This document shows, piece by piece, positions 54,016 through 64,000 of a stretch of DNA of 64,000 bases. The notes beneath the pieces were generated by a model. It was given only the letters and a program-made list of their open reading frames with translations, was not told where the DNA came from and did not search any database. The stretch is from Hormiphora californensis. Taxonomy: Eukaryota > Animalia > Ctenophora. Position numbers and translations under genes: made by a program. How positions within the stretch are numbered: position 1 is the first letter of the stretch; every line of letters begins with the position of its first letter. Location of the stretch: contig CM035362.1 of NCBI GenBank assembly GCA_020137815.1, positions 4,898,001-4,962,000 on the forward strand, written 5' to 3'.

Positions 54016-57000
54016 ATATCTTTCCCTCTCTCTCCCTCTCTCTCCTTCTAGTTCTCTCTCTCTATCTCTATATCTCAACATGTGTTGCGGGACCAATGAA
54101 AAAATTGCATTTCTATTGATAAACTTTGTGTGAGTATAAAACAGGATGTCGCGGTCGGTATTCTTTTTAGTTCTTCATGGGAGCTTCACAGATAAAGGTG
54201 ATTCCTCCGTCGTTTCCATGGCGATTGCCCCATCGCTTTCCTTCCTGCCGTTCCATCGTGAAAGAAACTGCTGGCTTATTGTGCTCGTCAACGGGACCAT
54301 AATGCCTTGCGAACTTCTGCAATTTTGGCCCATAGATAAATTTCTTTTTGAAGTCGACTACAAAAACTTCAGCCAGCCCCCCTTTTAGGTATCTTGTCAA
54401 CCTTTTAAGATACTTTACACAGCGCTTTTGCGTTGGTAACGAAGTTACCCCTCTGTCGAGGGCATTGCGATAGTAAGGCACGTTTTAGCGTGCCCGCAAT
54501 TTAGGGGGAACTGCGTTACCAAGCTTTTGCGAGCGTGTTCTCTCACAAAAACGTGTAAATGAACCTTGCCCAAGAGCCAGGTGAAGATAAAAGTACTTTA
54601 GAGAAAGTAAAGTTTTCAAAACTTAGATTAAAAGTGTCATGGAGCTGATTCGAACCTTGGTGACATAGACACCTGGCACGACCCCGCACACAGGTGACGG
54701 CTCCGCCCCAAAAAGGGTCCTTTCTTTCAAGGGATGTTGCACGCGATCCACTGGACCGATTTGCATCCGGTCGCATCCGGTCGCAAAAGACTACAAATTG
54801 ATCTTAATATACTGGAAAATACCCGAGAAGTTTGTCTGTCAACAGGAATTGGGTCAAAATTGACACTGAAGTCAAACCTATAAGGGCGCGATCACACCAG
54901 AATCTTCGAAACAATTGCTTCGAAGAACCAAGTTGAATCACACACAGATCTTTCCTTTAGTTGGTGCAAGTACGATCCTTATATGGAGCGAGCTCGCTCT
55001 CTCCAATGTTATCCCCTCTTTTGAGCTCTCTCTCCCACTCACTCTCTCTCGCGCGCAATTATCCCTTATATGGAGCGAGCTCGCTCTCTCCAATGTTATC
55101 CCCTCTTTCGAGCTCTCTCTCTCGCACTCACTCTCTCCCGCGCAATTATCCCTTATATGGGGAGAAAAAGCGAGTGGGAGAGAGAGCTCGAAAGAGGGGA
55201 TAACATTGGAGAGAGCGAGCTCGCTCCATATAAGGATCGTACTTGCACCAACTAAAGGAAAGATCTGTGTGTGATTCAACTTGGTTCTTCGAAGCAATTG
55301 TTTTGAAGATCCTGGTGTGATCGCGCCCTAATCTGGCTTCCGAGAGTTTCTGCACTACGCCCATGCGGTTTAGAAGATATATAATTGGAAGATATATTGA
55401 TGCAATTAGCATCATAATTTGATGCCGGGTATTTTTCAGTACTTACAAGGTCTCAACCTATCTTCTGATACCCTCAGATTCATTCTAAACCGTCTGGGAG
55501 TGGTGCAAAAAGGCTCAGAAGTCAGAATAGGTAGTGCAGAAACTCTCGGAAGCCAGATTATAGGTTTGACTTCAGTGTCAATTTTGACCATTTTCCTGTT
55601 GACAGACAAACTTCTCGGGTATTTTCCAGTATATTAGGATCATTTGTAGTCTTTTGCGACAAACCGGATGCAAATCGGTCCAGTGGATCGCGTGCAACAT
55701 CCCTTGAAAGAAACGACCCTTTTTGAGGCGGAGCAGACACCTGTGTGTGAGCTCAATCTTGGTCGCGCACGGTGTCTATGTCACCAAGTGAAAGCCTGCC
55801 AGCGCCCTTTTTCAGTAGAGCAATTAGGTCGGGGTAGTGGTATCCTGTATGGCGGCGCCATACCCCATTTGATTCTCGCGACAGTGCGCTCAGATGGCCC
55901 CCATAAAAAAGTCGCTTGGCAAATTCCCTCGTCGCTCGGCAATTGGTTCGGCAACAACAGGTGGTTTGCCGAGCCAGTCGCTCGGCTAATCAAGGAAGTC
56001 GCCGTGTTTTCACCGCGTTCTTACAGAAAAAGTACATTTTTTCAGCACTTTTTTTCAAAATCTCCTGCTGAAAAATACAAAGTGCTGAAAAAATGTGCTT
56101 TTTCTGTAAGAACGCGGTGAAATCACGGAGACTTCCTTGATTAGCCGAGCGACTGGCTCGGCAAACCACCTGTTGTTGCCGAACCAATTGCCGAGCGACG
56201 AGGGAATTTGCCAAGCGACTTTTTTATGGGGGGGGGGGGGGTCGCGGCGCCAGACAGGGTGTATCTGAGTTGGTGAGCAAGGGGAAACTCTAACTGAATG
56301 GCATCCCATTAATCTATCTATCTATCTACGGAGTGCCTGGGCTTGCCAACGGCAAGCCCCCAAGGGACTATCGCAAAGCGATTTCGCCGGCACTAGGAGA
56401 ATAGCCCCCCTCCCCTCCCCCACCATCAGGAACTGACCACAGGACAGGTTCCATTATAGGTGGCTTCGGGTTCGGGAGGCTAGACTCCAGAGATAACCAG
56501 TCTCTTGGTTCTTCTATCCTGAGTCTTGGATCCAGTCTCTTGGTTCTTCTATCCTGAGTCTTGGATCTTTGACTCTTTCACACTGTGACAGGCGGGGATG
56601 TGTTCTTCTAGTCATTATCTTGGTTTTGCATCCCATTAATGGGATCCCATCAACAGTAAAACTCTAACTGATAATGGACCACAGTGATGGTTCTTTCTCT
56701 GTATTCTCTCTGTGTGCGCGCCCGTGCCCGGGCATGCCCTATAGTTCTTTCTCTGTATTCTCTCTGTAGGCAGTACATAGATGTACTGCCTACAGAGAGA
56801 ATACAGAGAAAGAACCATCACTGTGGTCCATTATCAGTTAGAGTTTTACTGTTGATGGGATCCCATTAATGGGATGCCATTCAGTTAGAGTTTCCCCCAA
56901 CATCCAATAAATGGTACCATGCAGACAATTTACAGAGCCTTCACCAAGATGGTAGTGTTGCTGTAGCAACAGTGGCAGTTAGGTAGTACCAGCATGGTAC

Positions 57001-57591
57001 TGTATACTGTACCACTACCAATTCTACAATTGTATACTGGCCAGTACTAGGAGTAGTGAGTTCTGTCCAGCATGCTTGAAGTTCAATTGTACTGTGCTAC
57101 AACCACTCTAAAAATCTTTCCCTTTTTTTTCAGGTCGAGATGCTCTAACCGGTATTCTTTCCCTTTTTTCAGGTCGAGATGCTCTAACCGGTATTCTAGC
57201 TGCCGTACTGTGCTAGGGTCACCACACACCTAAGTTAAAATTAAAATTAAAATTTTGATTTTAAACCCGCACACACCAGCGGCCGTTAAAATGTCTCTCC
57301 CCATTCTAAAAGTAACAATCTCACGCACGATTTTGACGGTCGCGTTGGATGACAAAATTTTAACACGCCATCAAAATCGCGCGCGAGATTGTTACTTTAA
57401 GAATGGGGGAGAGAAATTTTAACGGCCGCTGGTGTGTGGTGACCCCTATAACCACTCTAAAAATCTTTCCCTTTTTTTCAGGTCGAGATGCTCTAACCGG
57501 TATTCTAGCTGCTGTCGACGTGATCAGAGAAAACGGTTTTGTCATTGAATCCCGACAAGAGAGAAGGAAAAGAAAACGAAAGTTTTACTGA
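39116..57591 (+). CDS. Secreted zinc metallocarboxypeptidase, M14A (carboxypeptidase A/B-like) preproenzyme, 13 exons
   Basis: Exons 39116-39177, 39914-39995, 40777-40873, 41806-41893, 42278-42367, 42604-42703, 43133-43234, 44059-44166, 44382-44560, 44854-44971, 45150-45234, 45816-45944, 57482-57591; all GT-AG with consistent phases. Signal peptide MTFLLVFLLNVFRAVTS; prodomain HYEGDKVFRI..LDYW..VDVRIP..IEDV; RQKR cleavage site; WIDAGLHAREW (H69/E72); NPDGY; WRKNR; GVDLNRNF; LHSYGQ (H196); Y248; SGDSSDW; GIEL (E270); GRYGFILP. Confidence 0.93.
40118..40776 (+). repeat. Array of ~18 copies of the carboxypeptidase exon-3 acceptor plus exon start (Cn-ttacAG|ttagacta[ctgg])
   Basis: Each unit is a poly-C tract, then cag, then the first 8-15 nt of exon 3 (real junction ttgcag|ttagactactggtca at 40777). 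Confidence 0.9.
40946..41573. mobile_element. 628-bp MITE with AGGGA(A/T)ATCATACGACTCTTACT TIRs in carboxypeptidase intron 3
   Basis: TIRs at both ends; internal palindrome 41120-41226; near-identical inverted copy at 51823-53493. Confidence 0.85.
45970..47542. mobile_element. 1.57-kb Tc1/mariner-like foldback MITE (~760-bp arms, TA target)
   Basis: ta|cagggtgtcccatatattctccgg ... ccggagaatatatgggacaccctg|ta; mirror ORFs 46010-46378(-) and 47152-47502(+) reflect the arms. Confidence 0.9.
47899..48515 (-). CDS. Secreted C-type lectin-like domain protein, copy A (intronless, nested antisense in carboxypeptidase intron 12); signal peptide lost in corrupted sequence
   Basis: CPREWKEYKAACYY...AEEHC...HIFMPN..EWDWV...YWTGI...W......WICE CTLD framework; N-terminus matches copy C, which has an intact signal peptide. 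Confidence 0.85.
48600..49280 (-). pseudogene. Error-ridden copy (B) of the lectin gene including its 5' flank; probably a low-quality duplicate of copy A
   Basis: Remnants such as KNPKHKIPKNPGPPEWKEIRAP. 49190-49280 matches the copy C start/5' flank (53581-53690), and 48620-48660 mirrors 47761-47800. Confidence 0.55.
50208..50820. mobile_element. Nested MITEs: palindromic GGGTCACCACACACC element (~50393-50787) inside a shorter TIR element; related copy 57216-57445
   Basis: Inner arms gggtcaccacacaccaaagttaaaatt / aattttaactttggtgtgtggtgaccc; outer arms gctgccaaaatcgctaattgtaatt / aattacaattagcgatttcggcagc. Confidence 0.75.
51240..53595 (-). pseudogene. C-type lectin-like gene copy C, interrupted after codon ~34 by a nested MITE (51823-53493)
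   Basis: ATG 53595 MLRFLVLSCVALVVAVHAAEKAYCTAGQKNVEAM | insertion | ..AMSGDFGGYYQRPLPGNC...CPREW...WICEAPMG* (stop 51240). Remainder is open and colinear with copy A. Confidence 0.8.
51823..53493. mobile_element. Composite insertion: the 628-bp MITE carrying a ~1.04-kb element with ~290-bp TIRs (51845-52884) inside its own TIR
   Basis: Outer TIRs agggatatcatacgactcttac / gtaagagtcgtatgatttccct; inner tagtagagtcgataactac... / ...gtagttatcgactctacta with a 'tac' duplication. Confidence 0.85.
54167..54330 (-). pseudogene. 3' fragment of another, more divergent lectin paralog (copy D)
   Basis: GPKLQKFARHYGPVDEHNKPAVSFTMERQEGKRWGNRHGNDGGITFICEAPMKN* aligns to the C-termini of A and C; truncated by repeats upstream. 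Confidence 0.75.
54660..56900. mobile_element. Stack of nested foldback/palindromic elements (~54660-55790 outer, 54885-55328 inner, 55900-56225, 56285-56900)
   Basis: Multiple long inverted repeats, seen as mirror-image ORF pairs in the ORF track. Confidence 0.7.
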
Positions 57592-57730
57592 AAATTGAAT
57601 TGGGCTAAAAAGTGGAACATCGGAAGCCACGTGAAATTGAAATAACATGACCATGTTGGGACTTGTTGAGTTGGGACTCGGAGAAGAAACTACATACTTG
57701 TAGCGATCAAAATTGGGCTGTTATATGTTG

Positions 57731-57979
57731 GGCAAATATTCATTTGCCGCAGACGTCGTCCAGACGTCGTCTAGATGGTACCCGTCTAGAAACACCGTCT
57801 GATTTCGTCCAATTCCGTCTAAACGGGTAGAGAGCGTCTCAACGGCACGTTTCAATTCCGTTAGACTCCGTCTATTATAGACGGAGTCAAACTCTCTATA
57901 GACGCCGTCCAGACGGAACTAAAATCCCGTTTAGACGGGTACCGTCCGGACGACGTCTGCGGCAAATGAATATTTGCCA
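57731..57979. mobile_element. ~250-bp palindromic MITE
   Basis: ggcaaatattcatttgccgcagacgtcgtcc / ggacgacgtctgcggcaaatgaatatttgcc arms. Confidence 0.75.
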
Positions 57980-58367
57980 TTATGTTGGTACTCATACTGA
58001 ATATTGCAACAGTTGCAACAGTTGCATTGCCACTGCTATCCCATTGGGATTCCTAATTACTAAAAAGGGGTAAAAAACTCCTATCGACTTTGTAGGACTA
58101 TGACAATATATTGACATGACAATGTCAGTGTAGCTAGCCGCTGCACACTGCAGTCAACGCTATGCCCCAGTTTTATTTGTATACTTTCTGAAACTGTTAA
58201 TAAATTTAAAGTTTGTTCTTTTATTAAAAGTTTTAACAGGTGAATATTTCTTTATTTCAATTTAAAATGGCGCTACCCTAATAGGGCAGCGCCATTAATA
58301 GGCCCCTATGTCTATAAAAATCCCTTGCCGCCACGTACTCGTAGGCTGGATGGCCACTGGAGAGTCT

Positions 58368-59335
58368 CCCCGTTTTGACCTGTCTGTCAGTGTCGGCGCC
58401 AAACCCCGTTTTGACCTGTCTGTCAGTGTCGGCGCCAAACCCCGTTTTGACCTGTCTGTCAGTGTCGGCGCCAAACCCCGTTTTGACCTGTCTGTCAGTG
58501 TCGGCGCCAAACCCCGTTTTGACCTGTCTGTCGGCGCCAGACCCCATTTTGACCTTTCTGTCAGTCTGGTGACATACTGTACCCCGTCTTTTGATCAGGG
58601 CTGTCTGTCGGCACCAGACCCCGTCTTTTGATCAGGGCTGTCTGTCGGCGCCAGACCCCATTTTGACCTGTCTGTCGGTGCCAAACCCCGTTTTGACCTG
58701 TCTGTCAGTGTCGGCGCCAAACCCCGTTTTGACCTGTCTGTCGGCGCCAGACCCCATTTTGACCTTTCTGTCAGTCTGGTGACATACTGTACCCGGGGTA
58801 CTACCCCGTCTTTTGATCAGGGCTGTCTGTCGGCACCAGACCCCGTCTTTTGATCAGGGCTGTCTGTCGGCGCCAGACCCCATTTTGACCTGTCTGTCGG
58901 TGCCAAACCCCGTTTTGACCTGTCTGTCGGGCGTCGGCGCCAAACCCCGTTTTGACCTGTCTGTCAGTGTCGGCGCCAAACCCCGTTTTGACCTGTCTGT
59001 CGGCGCCAGACCCCATTTTGACCTTTCTGTCAGTCTGGTGACATACTGTACCCCGTCTTTTGATCAGGGCTGTCTGTCGGCACCAGACCCCGTCTTTTGA
59101 TCAGGGCTGTCTGTCGGCGCCAAACCCCATTTTGACCTGTCTGTCGGGCGTCGGTGCCAGACCCCGTTTTGACCTGTCTGTCAGTCTGGTGACATATTGT
59201 ACCCCGTCTTTTGATCAGGGCTGTCTGTCGGCGCCAAACCCCGTTTTTTGATCAGGGCTGTCTGTCGGCACCCGCCCCCGTTTTGACCTGTCTGGCGGTG
59301 CGAAACCCCATTTTGACCTGTCTGGCGGTGCCGAC
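58368..59335. repeat. 27-33-bp minisatellite with higher-order structure (ccccgttttgacctgtctgtc[agtgtc]ggcgccaaa)
   Basis: Direct tandem repeats; ~220-250-bp super-repeat marked by tcagtctggtgacatactgtacc. Confidence 0.9.
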
Positions 59336-59874
59336 CCGATCTGACCGCACATTTTAGAATCAAAATGGGCCTGGCGTGGTGCCAGACAGGTTTTGACAGT
59401 GCGCTCAGATGGGCGCCGCCTTGGAAAGATCCTCCCAGGTACCGGCCTACCTGGGGGGGGGGGGGATTTAAAATCCAAGAACTGCACGGCAACTTGCCTT
59501 GTTCGACCCTCCTTCCCCGCGCCCCGAGTTTGAACAAAACAAATGGCAACGGTTGCCACTTGTTTTGTTGCCAGGCAACCAGGTCCGTTATAACAGCTGT
59601 AGGAGGGATCAAGACGATAGTAACGTGATCCATCCTACGTTAATTATTTGAAAACACGAGATTTTAATTAGTTAAAAGTTCTGATCACATGATTCTTTAA
59701 AAGATAAAAACTGAACCGCACTGATTACTATATACCATGTAACAGCTGTCAGAGCATTGGCCTGACCCATTCTCGTTTCTCTCAAATTTAGAGCACGCGA
59801 GAACTGTGGTCAGAGCATTGGCCTGACAGTGTAACAGCTTGACGAGCTCCGTCATATTGGCCACCCAAATAATA

Positions 59875-60678
59875 GGGGGGGGGGGGCCGGCTGAAGTTTT
59901 TGAAGTCGACTTCAAAAACTTCAAAGAGAAACTTAGGGTGGAAAACTTCAAAAACTTCAAAAACTCATATCTCCTTAACCGTTGGAGATATGCCCTATGT
60001 TGCTTCATAACTCGTATATAAAGTTGCATATTCCGAACAAGATACACCCCTTTAAAAATCCTATAGACACTCAGAAACCATTGAAACCGGTCTAGCCCAA
60101 AAAAAGTCAAGCGCACACACAAAATTTTGAAAATATCCCATTATCCCTCGAATTAGATGAGGTGGAGACTTCATTTTGGCACGTACCCCCACTAACTCGA
60201 GGCCGCTGATGATTTTGGTGTCCATATTTTTTTCATTACTCCCTTCATAAAAATTTTGCGTTTTGTGAAAATGGCAAAAAGGGTGTGGCCCCAAAAAAAA
60301 TTTACTTGATAATTTTTAAACACTTTCTTTGCATTTTCTAGGCAATTTTTTGAGTTATAGAATGAAAATGAAATCTGTTTTTACAAAAAATTTAAAATCT
60401 TTACACCAAATTATGCCATGAATTTCATGGCTAGGAATCATTGTAAATATCCTAATTTGTGGTAGAAAAAGGGCAGACAAGGACGGATAACTTTGCCACA
60501 ATATGTATTAAGCATGAAACTAACCTAAACAAGTGTAATAATAGTCACTGATAGCATATAAAAGTAGTTTAGAGTTTTTGAAGTTTTTGAAGTTTTTGAA
60601 GTCAACTTCAAAAACTTCAAAAACTCAAAAAGTAGGGTGGAAAACTTCAAACTTCAAAAACTTCAGCCCCCCCCCCCC
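59875..60678. mobile_element. ~800-bp TIR element with 8-9-bp TSD (caaataata), MULE- or hAT-like
   Basis: gggg..gctgaagtttttgaagt / acttcaaaaacttcagcccc ends flanked by direct repeat (c)aaataata. Confidence 0.7.
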
Positions 60679-61306
60679 AAATAATATAATACCTTGCCTA
60701 CGACGCAGTCTACGGCGTTAAAGTTGTATTGTTCATAATAAAGTTGTATTGTTCACAACGTTAAAGACGTATTCCGCTGGGCAGCAAATATGACGGAGCA
60801 CCGCTGTAACGGTTGCACGTTCGGGGTTTAATCGCTTATTATATGTTCAATATATGTTGAACAAGAGGCGAGAGACTTCTCCACTGCACTTACTCAACAA
60901 TGTTCAATTGTTGGTTACGAGGTCACCCCTTTCATTGCATATAATAGGTGAGCCATTATAACGCGGAGGGGTAATTTCATTACCAAGTTCAATTGTACAC
61001 TCACGTGTTTCAAACATTTAAGTTAAAAACTCCAAAATGGCAACTCTACTGCAGTAACTTTGAAAGCAGTTCTTGCTTCATTGTAAACTATTTTGGCCGT
61101 TATATATCCCTAAATATTGCTTTATCATTAAAAACAAACTCCTACCAAAAAACCAAAACGTTGATAAAAATTGTATTAACATATCATTATAATGGTAGTC
61201 TTTTTCCAACTCTCAAATCTTTGAGATTAAAAACATAATCCTTCACGTCGATGTGAGTACACAGTAAGTTGATCATGCATTAAAATAGGTCTGACAGTGT
61301 TTTAGG

Positions 61307-61855
61307 TTCACTTCCCATAGCATCGAGATGTCTTTATCACCCACTTCCCATAGCAACGAGGTATGTTTATCACCCACTTCCCATAGCAACGAGGTATGTT
61401 TATCACCCACTTCCCATAGCAACGCGGTATGTTTATCACCCACTTCCCATAGCAACGAGGTATGTTTATCACCCACTTTCCATAGCAACGAGGTATGTTT
61501 ATCACCCACTTTCCATAGCAACGAGGTATGTTTATCACCCACTTCCCATAGCAACGAGGTATGTTTATCACCCACTTCCCATAGCAACGAGGTATGTTTA
61601 TCACCCACTTCCCATAGCAACGAGGTATGTTTATCACCCACTTCCCATAGCAACGAGATGTCTTTATCACCCACTTCCCATAGCAACGAGGTATGTTTAT
61701 CACCCACTTCCCATAGCAACGAGGTATGTTTATCACCCACTTCCCATAGCAACGAGGTATGTTTATCACCCACTTCCCATAGCAACGAGATGTCTTTATC
61801 ACCCACTTCCCATAGCAACGAGGTATGTTTATCACCCACTTCCCATAGCAACGAG
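61307..61855. repeat. 33-bp minisatellite x~16, built from the last codons and stop of the nuclear receptor gene
   Basis: Minus-strand unit ctcgttgctatgggaagtggg-TGA-taaacatac; the first copy is the CDS end. Confidence 0.9.
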
Positions 61856-62804
61856 CAGTTCTGCTGCAACGAGATTTTCAAATGTGTCTCCCACCAGCTT
61901 TTCCAAATGGAGATGTTCGATAAAGAGGTTGCCAGCCGTGGTAAGGGGTGGTAAAAGAAGGAGTAACTCTCCAATTCTGAAAAAGGAGATGTGTTAGGTG
62001 TGCCAACCTTGAGGGGCTGGTTTCATCAGGAGATTTGTTAGGTGGAGATTTAGAAGGGGGGGGGGATTACTAAATTAAAGTAAGAGTGAAACAGAATAAC
62101 ACACAAACGGGACACAAACAGATAAAATAAGCAAACAAACAATGAATCAGTTAAAAACAGTGAAACAGTATCAGGAACAATATCACTCTGTGGGCAGCTG
62201 TGGGGAGCCCCACTCTGTGTACAGTGTAACTTTTTTTAAATAGCAACCCTTAGTGTACATTGCACAGTGTACATGATGTACTGTACACGCCTAGTTCTTA
62301 CCTGCCAGGTTTCCCCTCATTATACTTTTGCAGCAGAGTGTGTTCTGTTTTCCGAATCAACCGTACTTCCTCAGGATCCTTGAGACTTTGGTAATTGGCT
62401 TTTGTGGCTGCAGAAAATGTAATTTATTTTAATCTATAAAAATAATCTATAAATATTATGTAGCTTGAGTCAAGATTTAGTCTTTGGCATATAATTATTT
62501 TTGTTACCTCCCCTCCCATCCCCCCCCCCCCCCCCCCCCGTGCTAACATTTATGAGGCATACTTGATCATTGGCCCCTTTACCGTTTGACTGGTATCATA
62601 CATGATTAATAATCAAACTTTGACGATAATCATTGATTATAGTCAAAGTTTGACAGTTTTATTTACAACAGTCAACGTTTGACAGTACATACTGAATAGT
62701 AGTAGCTATATCACCCGATTATAGCGCACAGTAATACACTAAAGGCTCGCTTAGAAAAGTAGTGTGCTTGCACCGAACAAGAGAGGGGGGGGGGGGCAGA
62801 GGGT

Positions 62805-62839
<35 letters not shown>

Positions 62840-64000
62840 GGGGCAGAGAGAGAGAGAGAGAGAGAGAGAGTGAGAGAGAGAGATAGGGGAGGAGAGAGGG
62901 GGGGGAAGAGAGAAGGAGAAGAGGAAAAGAAAGAGGGGAGAAAAGGTTTTAGGTTGGGGCCCCTCGCGCTGATGTTTTTGGTGCGGCTAAAAGAGCTCGC
63001 GTGTGGTGTCATTCTTTCGTCAGATGGTCTTTGAGAGAGTGTGGGGCTATAATTAAGCGGGTGGTAGGGGGCGGGAAACCCGCTACTGCGAGGTTTCGGT
63101 GGCGGGTTAAAAAATTTTTTGGGGGTAGAAAATCGGCCAAAGGAGAGGAGTAGAGAGAGTAGTTTAGCTGGGGGATTTAGTAGACCCTATTAGTTTTAGA
63201 TAGATTAATGAGTCTTGGAAAGGCTAAGAAGAAGTAATTCTCAAACCCAGAGAAAAAAGAGATTAGAGAGGGGCAGCTACGTCTGCAGCTGTGTGACGTG
63301 TTGTGTTGTGTTGACTTGTAGTCAACAAACACAAGTGTAGAAGACTTTTTTACACCCAACACATATATAGCTACCCCCTCTATCTATCTATCAATCGCTC
63401 TCTCCCCTCCCCTCTCTCTCTCTCTCTCTACCCTATATCTCCATCTATTGGTTACCCTGCAGGTACGTTAATTTGGTAGCTATACTTACTTGAGTTAAAT
63501 AGGATGATCCGGCGAAGTCTGCTCAGTTCAAAACGGTCTGTCCCTAGATCCTGAGGTAAACGTATTTAAATTGCAAATTGAAACAACCATGTCCATGACA
63601 TGTCCATGACAACCAGACGTACCTTTAGTGGTATTACTATGGTGTCCATGACAACCAGACGTACCTTTAGTGGTATTACTATGGGGTCCATGACAACCAG
63701 ACGTACCTTTAGTGGTATTACTATGGGGTCCATGACAACCAGACGTACCTTTAGTGGTATTACTATGGTGTCCATGACAACCAGACGTACCTTTAGTGGT
63801 ATTACTATGGTGTCCATGACAACCAGACGTACCTTTAGTGGTATTACTATGGTGTCCATGACAACCAGACGTACCTTTAGTGGTATAACTATGGTGTCCA
63901 TGACAACCAGACGTACCTTTAGTGGTATTAAGGGTACGCTAACCAAAATTTTTTTTTCGAGTGCAGGGAAATCTCTCACCGTAGGGTTGTAGGCCATGCC
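61832..64000 (-). CDS. Nuclear receptor ligand-binding domain, HNF4/NR2A-like; last four exons (>64000-63917, 63550-63490, 62407-62302, 61976-61832)
   Basis: Spliced translation ...[115 protein letters not shown] parallels HNF4 ([55 protein letters not shown]). GT-AG junctions and phases are consistent. Confidence 0.85.
63590..63929. repeat. 42-bp minisatellite x8, built from a nuclear receptor splice donor
   Basis: Minus-strand unit ataccactaAAG|GTACGTctggttgtcatggacaccatagta. Confidence 0.9.

Noticed and set aside
58278-61974. CRISPR-like arrays or repeat proteins in the 33-bp repeats
   Set aside because: Head-to-tail minisatellites with no unique spacers and no cas genes, in eukaryotic context.

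Overview
Repeat-rich animal genomic DNA, most likely a cydippid ctenophore of the Pleurobrachia type. That call is an inference from a 109-bp MITE I recall from Pleurobrachia gene models, an HNF4-like receptor and nested intronic genes. Genes reconstructed by hand: (1) a minus-strand Sushi/CCP-repeat gene fragment (~3.0-3.8 kb); (2) a giant, apparently single-exon (~23 kb, ~7,000+ aa), Cys-free block-copolymer protein (~11.5-34.6 kb) with a mirror-symmetric layout: Gly/Pro/aromatic repeats, (EVTTE)n, Gly-X-Y collagen-like core plus 14 acidic 55-aa repeats, (EVTTE)n, Gly/Pro/aromatic repeats, His/Asp tail; (3) a complete 13-exon secreted M14A procarboxypeptidase (39116-57591) with an unusual S1' pocket and a polybasic tail, whose last 11.5-kb intron hosts (4) a cluster of antisense, intronless, non-canonical C-type lectin genes; (5) the 3' half of an HNF4/NR2A-like nuclear receptor ligand-binding domain on the minus strand (61832 to beyond 64000). 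A recurring pattern is that many tandem repeats are amplified copies of the genes' own splice acceptors, splice donors or stop codon. The rest is MITEs and foldbacks (often nested), LINE 3' ends and micro/minisatellites. Several stretches (~11.0-11.8, 12.5-17.9, 18.2-19.05, ~36.3-38.4, 48.5-50.0 kb) are homopolymer-corrupted low-quality consensus, so ORFs there are unreliable.
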